DNA of 64,000 nucleotides from positions 1-64,000 of IMG/VR virus record IMGVR_UViG_3300044612_001159. One strand, 5' to 3'. The stretch is from a virus. Positions 56,582 through 64,000 of this stretch are shown here, in pieces. The position numbers and the translations under genes were made by a program. The stretch's first letter is position 1. Each line of letters starts with the position of its first letter. The notes beneath the pieces are model-generated. The model saw only the letters and a list, made by a program, of their open reading frames with translations, was not told the origin of the DNA and did no database searches.

Positions 56582-57457
56582 TCATTTTTGTGACTCGACA
56601 TACTGATTAATAAAAGATATAATAATTTCTGATTCAGATCTTGGAACAGCATTAATTAAAAGATGATGTATATTGTCTTCTTCAAGAGTCTGGACAAATT
56701 CATGAAAACTATCATATGTGAAATATTCCACATCGCTTACTACCGCTGGTATCTCTCCCTTTTTCCAGACTGGCCTCATTGCATGTTTTGCCAGTGGCTC
56801 TAACTCTTCTTTTGTTTTTCTAATAATTGGTGTCATTGCCAGCATAACTTCTGTATTTTTAATATCAAGATTAATCATCATTGATGGATCTTTTAAAACA
56901 TCTGACCAAAATCCACGTTTATAAATATGGTAAGGCAAAATTATTTTATTTTTGTATTTTTTAACAGTATCAAAAACATAACTGTTTGTAGTTGATATAT
57001 AAACATCTAAAGTGTTCTCTAATTGCTTTCCTTCTGCAGTTTGAGTAGCCATTATGCCATTATTTATTTCATCAAGTTTTTTAATAAATTCAATTGTGTA
57101 TTTTGATCTTTCTAAAGATTCTGATAAATCATTTACCTCCCCCAAAATACCACCAATATTTTTTTCATGATCTTTGATATATCCAGGAACAACATTTATT
57201 TGAAGCCTATTTGGAGCAATCTCATTTATTGATTGAGTTATTGTATATAGATATTGTGGAGATATCGTGTATGGCCTAATTGCAACAAGATATTTAATCT
57301 TACCGTCTGTTTTGATTTCTCTTGCAACTCTTGTAAACATGTCTCCTTCTGTAGGATCATATGTATACATTACCCCAGAAAAATTATTTTTTTCAAGAAT
57401 AGGTGCTGTCTCCATGCTGTTTTCATGAAACACACCGCCAAAATAATAAAAATTCAT
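56582..57457 (-). CDS. luciferase-like flavin monooxygenase family protein (divergent)
   Basis: KYLVAIRP..ISP.Y, RL.INVV.G. Confidence 0.6.
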   Translation of the reverse strand: MNFYYFGGVFHENSMETAPILEKNNFSGVMYTYDPTEGDMFTRVAREIKTDGKIKYLVAIRPYTISPQYLYTITQSINEIAPNRLQINVVPGYIKDHEKNIGGILGEVNDLSESLERSKYTIEFIKKLDEINNGIMATQTAEGKQLENTLDVYISTTNSYVFDTVKKYKNKIILPYHIYKRGFWSDVLKDPSMMINLDIKNTEVMLAMTPIIRKTKEELEPLAKHAMRPVWKKGEIPAVVSDVEYFTYDSFHEFVQTLEEDNIHHLLINAVPRSESEIIISFINQYVESQK

Positions 57458-57867
57458 TATAACATTTTACCATAATCTTCGGGAAGTAATTTTTTTAATT
57501 GTTTAAATTCTGAAGATATTTTCTTCAGAGCAAAATCATGGGGAGAAACCATCCCCTCAATAGCAGCCCCATACTTGTCATAATAGTCAATCTGTGGCTC
57601 AATCTCATCGATAAACTTTTGTAGTCCAGCCTGAACAGACTCTATATACTCATATGCTAAATCACGAGAATCTGAAACAAATTTTAAAAAATCTTCATTT
57701 GCTTTTTCTTTATCTGTTTTGTTTTCTTTGTGCTGAATTTCTTGCTCTAACAAAGTCTTTAAAGTATTTGCAAGAATAGAAATGTTAATTCTTTTTTGCA
57801 CAATATATAAATAAATAAATAATAATGAAGTGATAGACAAAGCAACTATAGCAAACATTTCTATCAT
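57457..57867 (-). CDS. membrane-anchored hypothetical protein
   Basis: N-terminal TM; FLKFVSDSRD.AYEYIE. Confidence 0.6.
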   Translation of the reverse strand: MIEMFAIVALSITSLLFIYLYIVQKRINISILANTLKTLLEQEIQHKENKTDKEKANEDFLKFVSDSRDLAYEYIESVQAGLQKFIDEIEPQIDYYDKYGAAIEGMVSPHDFALKKISSEFKQLKKLLPEDYGKML

Positions 57868-58145
57868 AATTCTTTTCCTCCCTCTCTAACTAACTGAACA
57901 ATTGCCCCATTCTGCTCAAGAGCCTTCTTTGTTTTAATCATATAGTTTGCAGCACGAATCTTGTCATCATGACTTAAAAGCATAAAAGATTTTTCAGACG
58001 CACGAACAGTTAAAAATCCTTCTTGATGCTCAACTATCTGTAATGAAAAACCTTTAGGCGCTAAATGATCTAGTGACCTAAACGCCCTTCTCATTGCATC
58101 TGTATATACTAGTCCATTGTTAGAGACTGCCATGTTACACCCCAA
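57864..58145 (-). CDS. hypothetical protein
   Basis: ORF; start uncertain. Confidence 0.5.
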   Translation of the reverse strand: MGCNMAVSNNGLVYTDAMRRAFRSLDHLAPKGFSLQIVEHQEGFLTVRASEKSFMLLSHDDKIRAANYMIKTKKALEQNGAIVQLVREGGKEL

Positions 58146-58390
58146 TCAGCCTTTGTTTTATGATTAGAGAACTCTTTTGATATTTCGCCGTTTTCTAAGT
58201 ATACCCCGCCCCAAACTCCCCACTCTTTGCCAGAAATGCCCACAGAAAAACACTCTTTTCTTACTGGACATTCAGAACATAACAGGTCTACAGCAGGCCT
58301 TAACAACTCATCTTCTTCGTATTTATCAAAAAAAACATTAGTATCATAATCTAGGCATGCAGCATTATCTTTCCATTCATACCTATTCAT
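58109..58390 (-). CDS. whiB: WhiB-family transcription factor
   Basis: W...A.C, C..CPV...C, GVWGG. Confidence 0.9.
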   Translation of the reverse strand: MNRYEWKDNAACLDYDTNVFFDKYEEDELLRPAVDLLCSECPVRKECFSVGISGKEWGVWGGVYLENGEISKEFSNHKTKADWGVTWQSLTMD

Positions 58391-58392
58391 AG

Positions 58393-58605
58393 TTATGCTA
58401 CATACTTGTCAGGTATTTCCCATCCGTTTCTAGAGACGACAAAAATCTTTTTTAGGTACCAAGCACCGTTTTTAAGTGCTCCGTACTTTGATGTCATTGC
58501 CTTATCTGACCTTGACATTTCAACAACATTCCAACCGTCCCAAGACAAGTTTTTGTTCTTGGAAACAATTGTCTCCATTTGTTCAAGAGAATCTATTGTT
58601 TTCAT
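58393..58605 (-). CDS. hypothetical protein
   Basis: ORF with GGAG RBS. Confidence 0.55.
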   Translation of the reverse strand: MKTIDSLEQMETIVSKNKNLSWDGWNVVEMSRSDKAMTSKYGALKNGAWYLKKIFVVSRNGWEIPDKYVA

Positions 58606-58615
58606 TTTATACTCC

Positions 58616-58969
58616 TTAAAAGTTGTATACGTTTGTATTAATATTTTTTGACTTTGACAAACTAACTAGATTCGACACTCTTTCTTTTGGATTTGCAACA
58701 AAAGCAAAGTGATCAAAACTATCAATATTTTCTTCAAGCCATTGAGGAGTAACCCTAAATAGTTTGATAGACTTTCCTCTAGACTTCATACCTCTTTCAG
58801 AAAGATTTACAAACTCCATCGCCATATCATTAACATTTCCTGGACCAACAGAGTACAAGTAAAACTCTTTTTCATTATCTTTTAATTCAGACAAAGCAAC
58901 AGCCATTGCTCTAAGGAAAATATTATAGTTGTTGAAATTAGGCGTTCCCTGAACCCCTACTATCATCAC
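58616..58969 (-). CDS. SLOG/DUF2493-like protein
   Basis: I.V.GT..F.NY..F pattern. Confidence 0.4.
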   Translation of the reverse strand: MMIVGVQGTPNFNNYNIFLRAMAVALSELKDNEKEFYLYSVGPGNVNDMAMEFVNLSERGMKSRGKSIKLFRVTPQWLEENIDSFDHFAFVANPKERVSNLVSLSKSKNINTNVYNF

Positions 58970-59354
58970 TTGTCCCTTCTGTTAGTTTGTCTACTATGAA
59001 CAACATCTTATCTAATTGTACCTTATCCATGTTGGTTGTGTCAACTTTTTCTGCAGAATCTTTGTCAATTTTTTCATTTACTAAAGGGGCTTTATAAAAT
59101 GTATTATTTTTAATCCAATACGCTACATCATCTACAACTATTACCTTGGTTGTAGATTCATCTTGATGCTTACTAGACTGGGTTTTTGGCTTAAGCCTTC
59201 TCTTATGCTTTTTAGACCCTGAATATCTGTGATGAAGTCTAGCCTGACTTACAATCTGCACACTTTTTTTATGCCTACGAGCCTTGAATAGATAAAAGAA
59301 AATAGAGAGCAGCATTACTGCCGTCAAAAGGATTGCTCCAAAAATATCGTTCAC
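58938..59354 (-). CDS. membrane-anchored hypothetical protein
   Basis: N-terminal TM. Confidence 0.55.
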   Translation of the reverse strand: MNDIFGAILLTAVMLLSIFFYLFKARRHKKSVQIVSQARLHHRYSGSKKHKRRLKPKTQSSKHQDESTTKVIVVDDVAYWIKNNTFYKAPLVNEKIDKDSAEKVDTTNMDKVQLDKMLFIVDKLTEGTSDDSRGSGNA

Positions 59355-59377
59355 TGATGCCCCCTAAACTTATTTTA

Positions 59378-59710
59378 TCACTTTTTGTTAAAAAGAAGTT
59401 TGATCAACTGTTTTAGGGCTGACCTTTCATTTGCATCCAATTTTTTTACCTGCTCTGGATCAAGAGATTTTTTATTAAGACTAACAATGGGGTTGGCATC
59501 TGTCACATCCATATCAATAAAACCTTTTTCCCACAACCTCATTGACATTTCTGAAAAATATTTTCCCAATGCTACATCAAGTTTTGGATCTATGTCTTTC
59601 AACATTTCTGTTTTAACATACATGTTTTCCCCTGTTTCTGGATCCTTGCCAGCAAACCTTAGACCACCAGTTAAAACTAACTTATTGAATATTTCATTCG
59701 ATTCGTTCAT
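59378..59710 (-). CDS. hypothetical protein
   Basis: G.D.ETGE..Y; LWEKGF. Confidence 0.55.
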   Translation of the reverse strand: MNESNEIFNKLVLTGGLRFAGKDPETGENMYVKTEMLKDIDPKLDVALGKYFSEMSMRLWEKGFIDMDVTDANPIVSLNKKSLDPEQVKKLDANERSALKQLIKLLFNKK

Positions 59711-60114
59711 TTTCCAGATTTCTTTCTAGCCTTTGCCAAAGCATCAAAATCTTTTACCTTAGTATCTCCAAGGTAGCCCCATGCATAACCATTATTAATC
59801 ATGTGATCGTTTACAGAAACGGTGTCTTCGTCTACATAAAGCCAGCCAAGAATTCGACCATACTTTTCAGAAGAGTCCATCTTCTCTGTCTTAATTACTA
59901 CAGACTTTGCATCCTTCAAAAACTTCTTTAGGTACTCTTTGGACTCTAGGCCCAAAGCCTTTTCCTTAAGGTCTTTTGTACGAGATTCTGGGGTATCAAT
60001 GCCAGCCAGCCTTACACGAGATGCAAACAAAATATCAAACCCTAAATCAATTAGAACGTCAATGGTATCCCCATCTACTACGTTCTCTACTTTTCTTACA
60101 TAGTATGTATACAT
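59707..60114 (-). CDS. staphylococcal nuclease (SNase) homologue
   Basis: VVDGDT, VRLAGIDTPE, KYGRIL. Confidence 0.85.
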   Translation of the reverse strand: MYTYYVRKVENVVDGDTIDVLIDLGFDILFASRVRLAGIDTPESRTKDLKEKALGLESKEYLKKFLKDAKSVVIKTEKMDSSEKYGRILGWLYVDEDTVSVNDHMINNGYAWGYLGDTKVKDFDALAKARKKSGK

Positions 60115-60365
60115 TAGTAATCTTGCCCCTTTGCTTTATTTTCAATCAGTTTATTTCTTTCATCAAGAATGGTAATTGCAAACTTCATCATTTTGTCGTA
60201 ACCAACAGCATTGTCCATAACCTTGTTATAGTGATGACCACAAAACAACAAGTCTCCGTTTAAGCCAGTTACTCTCACTAGGGCCTCAGCACCACATCTA
60301 TCACACCTGTCAATTGGGGATAGTTGCCACTCTGCCTTAGCCTCATCTTTAACCATTGTAAACAT
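60114..60365 (-). CDS. small Zn-binding actinobacterial-type protein
   Basis: DRCDRCGA...L.FCGHH. Confidence 0.65.
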   Translation of the reverse strand: MFTMVKDEAKAEWQLSPIDRCDRCGAEALVRVTGLNGDLLFCGHHYNKVMDNAVGYDKMMKFAITILDERNKLIENKAKGQDY

Positions 60366-60366
60366 A

Positions 60367-60552
60367 TTATACCTTCCGATTGTCAGTAGAATAAAATCCA
60401 CTACCGTTGAATACTGCTCCTACATTAGAGTATACACGAATTAGATCTGAATTGCAAGCATCACATTTATACCCTGGATCGTTTTCGGACATAGACCTAA
60501 TCTTTGTATATCTTATTGCACAAGACATACAGTCATATTCATATGATGGCAT
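60367..60552 (-). CDS. FmdB-family zinc ribbon protein
   Basis: MP.YEY.C..C...C..C...F.GSGFYSTD. Confidence 0.8.
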   Translation of the reverse strand: MPSYEYDCMSCAIRYTKIRSMSENDPGYKCDACNSDLIRVYSNVGAVFNGSGFYSTDNRKV

Positions 60553-60661
60553 TATTTCTTTTTCGTTTTAGCCTTTACTTGCCAAACAGGAAGTTTAAGT
60601 TCGTCGCCAGACCATTCATAACCTAATGCTTTTACTACGAACTTGATAATTTTAATACGCA

Positions 60662-60880
60662 TTATTTAACCTTTCTGCCAAACTTGGCCCATACTCTTTC
60701 ATGCAAATAAAAGAATGTCATTTCTAGTGCTAGATATGATAGCCCATAAAGACCAACATATTCCCACTCTGCTTCTCCAGTATAATATTTAAGTACAAAA
60801 TAAATTATTCCAGAAACAAAAGTAAAATGTACAAACGGCCAACTAATAGTCTTCAACAAAGACTTCTTTTTTGATTCCAT
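60662..60880 (-). CDS. DUF2061 membrane protein
   Basis: SLLKTISW...FYLHERVW. Confidence 0.7.
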   Translation of the reverse strand: MESKKKSLLKTISWPFVHFTFVSGIIYFVLKYYTGEAEWEYVGLYGLSYLALEMTFFYLHERVWAKFGRKVK

Positions 60881-61521
60881 TATAGCGCTACCTGTGCCTT
60901 TCCTCCACCGCCACCAGCAACCTTCTTCTTCTTTTTCTTTGCAGCAGGCTCTGCAGATGTTGCAGTATCAGATGAACCAACCTTACTCAATAGCGGAAGG
61001 CTTTCTTCTCCAGCGTATACTGGTCTTCCCCATCCAACAACAGCATTAACCAACTTCTTCTTGTTGTTCTTAACATATGCACGAGTTTTCTCTACACACA
61101 TTCCACCATTGCGCTGGTCTCCCTTTGCAGTTCCAGAGGTATTGCCTTCGATGACTTGAATAGTTCCATCACCATTATTCTTAATACAAAGACCAACATG
61201 CGAAATACGATTTACGCCATCTTCTGGGAAATCAAAATAAATCCAATCACCTGGAGTTGGATCGTCGTTTCTGGCATCTGCCCAACGATCATTCTTCTTA
61301 AACCAATCAGACGCTGCAACAGTTGCTGCGGTCTTTGGATATTTCTTTGGATCTAGCCCTGCAGTAAATGCACACCAAGAAACAAATGATTGACACCATG
61401 GCAAAAAGTTTGCACCTGTCCACTTACCATACTTTGTCTCATTATCTTTTGGACCCTCAATAGTTCCGAGTTCCTTTTTTGCAACCTCAATGATTGCTTC
61501 TAAACTACCTTTAACTGCCAT
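60880..61521 (-). CDS. CHAP-domain endolysin
   Basis: PWC..FVSW, PGD, HVG, IEGNT. Confidence 0.85.
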   Translation of the reverse strand: MAVKGSLEAIIEVAKKELGTIEGPKDNETKYGKWTGANFLPWCQSFVSWCAFTAGLDPKKYPKTAATVAASDWFKKNDRWADARNDDPTPGDWIYFDFPEDGVNRISHVGLCIKNNGDGTIQVIEGNTSGTAKGDQRNGGMCVEKTRAYVKNNKKKLVNAVVGWGRPVYAGEESLPLLSKVGSSDTATSAEPAAKKKKKKVAGGGGGKAQVAL

Positions 61522-61562
61522 AATATTCCTCCTTGTTGATATGACAATATAATTATATCACG

Positions 61563-61635
61563 CTGCCCCACCTGGTCTCGATCCAGGGACATCCGAATTA
61601 ACAGTTCGGCACTCTACCATCTGAGTTATAGGGCA
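61563..61635 (-). tRNA. tRNA-Asn(GTT), atypical T-loop ATCGAGA
   Basis: CCGAA-CTGTTAA-TTCGG; TGCCCTA/TGGGGCA. Confidence 0.8.
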
Positions 61636-61639
61636 ATGT

Positions 61640-61666
61640 GGGCAGTTTTTAGTCATACCCAGGACT
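61640..61666 (-). ncRNA. H-type pseudoknot element (copy G)
   Basis: AGTC-CT-GGGTA-T-GACT-AAAAAC-TGCCC. Confidence 0.7.
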
Positions 61667-61671
61667 ATTAA

Positions 61672-62544
61672 TTAATTACGAATATATGATGTATTGCCAA
61701 TTAAAATCTTTGACAAAGATGAAAAATACTCTGTAAAAGTTTTAAATGTATTACGGCTTACATATGAGGCAGCAGACACTGCAGTTGCTACTGAACTTCC
61801 AGCAGTTGATGTTGGAGATCCATTATATTTAGTAATTTTAACCGAACCAGGAGCAACCATATCAAGACCAGGGCCTGTATTTGTTGCTGCCTCTAGTTGA
61901 GTTGCGCTACCAAGTGCACCAACACCTGTCACTCCACTAACGCATGACGGAAACCCAACAACGTCTCGTCGTCGGTCATTTCCTACCGCAACAAATACTG
62001 GAACATTGCTTGCGGTTAAAGATGACACAGCATTGATGGTAACTGTATCGTTTGTACATAGTGCAAGGTTTCCTGCACTTACTGAAGACTGGCTAACTGA
62101 AAGAGCATCAATACTGTACTTAGCAGCATTCTTTGATACCCAGTCAAATGCTAATGCCAAGGCTCTTGCATCTCCCCTTGAATTTCCAAGTGATGTAACA
62201 TCATTAAATCTAATAAAAACAATCTTTAGATTTGGATTAACAGTTAGGGCAGACTTTACCATTGCATCGCCGTGGTATGTAGCATTGTTGATTGATGCTG
62301 GCCATGGGGCAGACGCTGCACCCTTGCCCTCCATAAACAACTCTCCATTAGGGCAAGACATGTTTTGAGAAGCAATCTTTGACTTTACAGTTGTAAAGCA
62401 AACCTCATGAATAATTTGAGGGAAGTTATTAGAATTGATAGCAGTATCAATAATTGCCAAAACTCTTTCATCGTTTGCTTGTACTGGCTGTACTGTGCTA
62501 ATTACGAATAGTGCTGATAGTATTGCTAGTAGTGCCTTTTTCAT
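61672..62544 (-). CDS. secreted S8 subtilase-like protease
   Basis: Signal peptide; AIIDT, HG, A.GN, FPSC, APG, GSS.A. Confidence 0.75.
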   Translation of the reverse strand: MKKALLAILSALFVISTVQPVQANDERVLAIIDTAINSNNFPQIIHEVCFTTVKSKIASQNMSCPNGELFMEGKGAASAPWPASINNATYHGDAMVKSALTVNPNLKIVFIRFNDVTSLGNSRGDARALALAFDWVSKNAAKYSIDALSVSQSSVSAGNLALCTNDTVTINAVSSLTASNVPVFVAVGNDRRRDVVGFPSCVSGVTGVGALGSATQLEAATNTGPGLDMVAPGSVKITKYNGSPTSTAGSSVATAVSAASYVSRNTFKTFTEYFSSLSKILIGNTSYIRN

Positions 62545-62569
62545 TTTTCTCCTTGTTATTTTTATTTGT

Positions 62570-62752
62570 TTATTCTTTTATTCTTACAACTAATTGGCAT
62601 GGGTCGCCTCCTGCTTCCCACTCTTCTTGTTCTTCTTCACTCATGTAGGGATCTCCATCATGAGTGTTACAGAATGGCTCTGTTATCCATCCTCGCTCAA
62701 TACCATTTGAAAGCCAGATACCGAACTCGTCTAGATCTTCATCTTCTATCAT
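62570..62752 (-). CDS. small acidic hypothetical protein
   Basis: GW....C.THDG...G.DPC; leaderless promoter. Confidence 0.6.
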   Translation of the reverse strand: MIEDEDLDEFGIWLSNGIERGWITEPFCNTHDGDPYMSEEEQEEWEAGGDPCQLVVRIKE

Positions 62753-62775
62753 ATTATAAGTATACCCAACAATAC

Positions 62776-63306
62776 CTAGTTTGTCAATTCGCCAATATAA
62801 TTTAAATTAATAATACATCTAATCTTAGAGTCTGTTTGTGATACTCCAGAATGCATTACATTTGAATCAAACATAACAAGCCTATTTTCTACACTGTCTA
62901 CTTTTGATCCGTCTTCAAAAATGGTATATCCATTATTACTATTTAAATAAAATATTGCTGTTGTATTATTAAACTCAGTATCTGAATGCATGCCACCAAC
63001 TACTGGGACGCTTGTCCTTGTGCCAAGATTCACCTTTACTCTATATATGTATGAAGGATTTATTTTTTTTATTAACGGATCTAATACATTATAAAAATCT
63101 GATTTAATTTCATTTTTTAGACATAGTGTATTAAAAAATTGAAACTTATCTAGTCCATACTCTTCGTCTGAAGACACCACAATTGGACTATAAAACCAAG
63201 GGAAATTACCACCTAGAACGGTATTCTGAATAGTTTTAAAATCATTTTCATTTAAAAAGTTATCTAAAATTTTAATTTTTTCTCCTAAAACTTTAAGCAG
63301 TAACAA
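62776..63306 (-). CDS. 2OG-Fe(II) oxygenase-like protein
   Basis: FPW.Y, H.D, YLN.NNG.T.F, NRL..FD...H, R...N.N. Confidence 0.7.
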   Translation of the reverse strand: MLLLKVLGEKIKILDNFLNENDFKTIQNTVLGGNFPWFYSPIVVSSDEEYGLDKFQFFNTLCLKNEIKSDFYNVLDPLIKKINPSYIYRVKVNLGTRTSVPVVGGMHSDTEFNNTTAIFYLNSNNGYTIFEDGSKVDSVENRLVMFDSNVMHSGVSQTDSKIRCIINLNYIGELTN

Positions 63307-63817
63307 CGTCTACTGGACCCATGCAAGATGGGCTAAACTTAATTGCTGCACTTACAGCCTGAAGCACTCTGTTTCTTGCATTTTTTTGCTTATCTGTTGC
63401 ATATAAAACACCATACGCATATTCCGCCCCAGATCCCATTGCGATATATGGGGTAGAGTATTTAGATAAAGACATGTCTACAGCACTGTGTTCATAAATC
63501 TCTCCACGAACTGCAATAATTAAACCAAGGTCTCCATCTTTTGTGGTATCAACCCAAAACTCATTATAGAACTCTCTCAGTTCTTTAATGAATTTAGTCT
63601 GCATAAATTTATCTGTATCCTTAATATTGGGTGCGGTTGGCTTAAAATTGTAACGAATTCTTTCTCCGTCTAATGCCCCAGCATATCCAATAAGGTATGG
63701 ACCTATCTTCCAAACCTTGGGTGCTTCAAGAGCAAGGATCGTTCCATCATCAGATGCACCACGATCTCCTGCCATGTAAACTTTACCTTCGTGTTTTAAT
63801 ACAGCAATACAGGTCAT
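63293..63817 (-). CDS. Ntn-hydrolase, proteasome beta/HslV-like protease
   Basis: N-terminal Thr (MTCIA), AGD, PKV, G.AG, A.GSG..YA.G. Confidence 0.75.
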   Translation of the reverse strand: MTCIAVLKHEGKVYMAGDRGASDDGTILALEAPKVWKIGPYLIGYAGALDGERIRYNFKPTAPNIKDTDKFMQTKFIKELREFYNEFWVDTTKDGDLGLIIAVRGEIYEHSAVDMSLSKYSTPYIAMGSGAEYAYGVLYATDKQKNARNRVLQAVSAAIKFSPSCMGPVDVVTA

Positions 63818-64000
63818 GCGAAAAGCCCCTCCAGATAGGTATAGTTAAGTATACCATTCCCTGAAGGGGCCGTCAAGTAGGCTCAATAATGACTAATTAG
63901 CCTTTTTATCTACCGTTTTAAACGCTTCATTTATTTCTGATATTGTGAGTTTTCCATCGTCCAAAAAAGCCCTTGCAAGCCTTTCAACAACAGAAGCAAC

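Overview
A 64-kb segment of an AT-rich, large tailed dsDNA phage that almost certainly infects an actinobacterium (WhiB, MSMEG_6728-type glycosylase, AhpC/AhpD, RecA-NDp/PafBC-type promoters, many leaderless genes). A freshwater low-GC host such as acI/Nanopelagicales is an inference. Layout: (i) 1-26.7 kb, mostly minus strand: 2OG-Fe(II) oxygenase/DUF6065-like operon, fibre/virion accessory genes with Pro-Phe, Pro-Thr and collagen repeats, and glycosylation enzymes (GT11, GDP-mannose 3,5-epimerase-like, GT32, sulfotransferase-like). (ii) About 26.7-39 kb: a divergently transcribed island of small early-type genes. It is almost free of TTAA up to 35.8 kb and packed with host-regulator sites: 11 TGTCRG-N10-TANNNT PafBC-type promoters, CRP/GlxR palindromes, paired DnaA boxes and GACAC boxes. 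(iii) 39-40.4 kb: repeat-rich non-coding origin/terminus candidate. (iv) 40.7-64 kb: accessory genes (more oxygenases, APS kinase fusion, peroxidases, Hsp20, WhiB, CHAP lysin, proteases). Six tRNAs occur across the window. The top candidates for an undescribed system are phage early promoters apparently wired to the host PafBC DNA-damage activator, a covarying 3'-UTR H-type pseudoknot in 7 copies, and virion-protein hydroxylation/glycosylation cassettes next to Pro-rich repeat proteins. All family calls come from motif recognition by eye, not from database searches.
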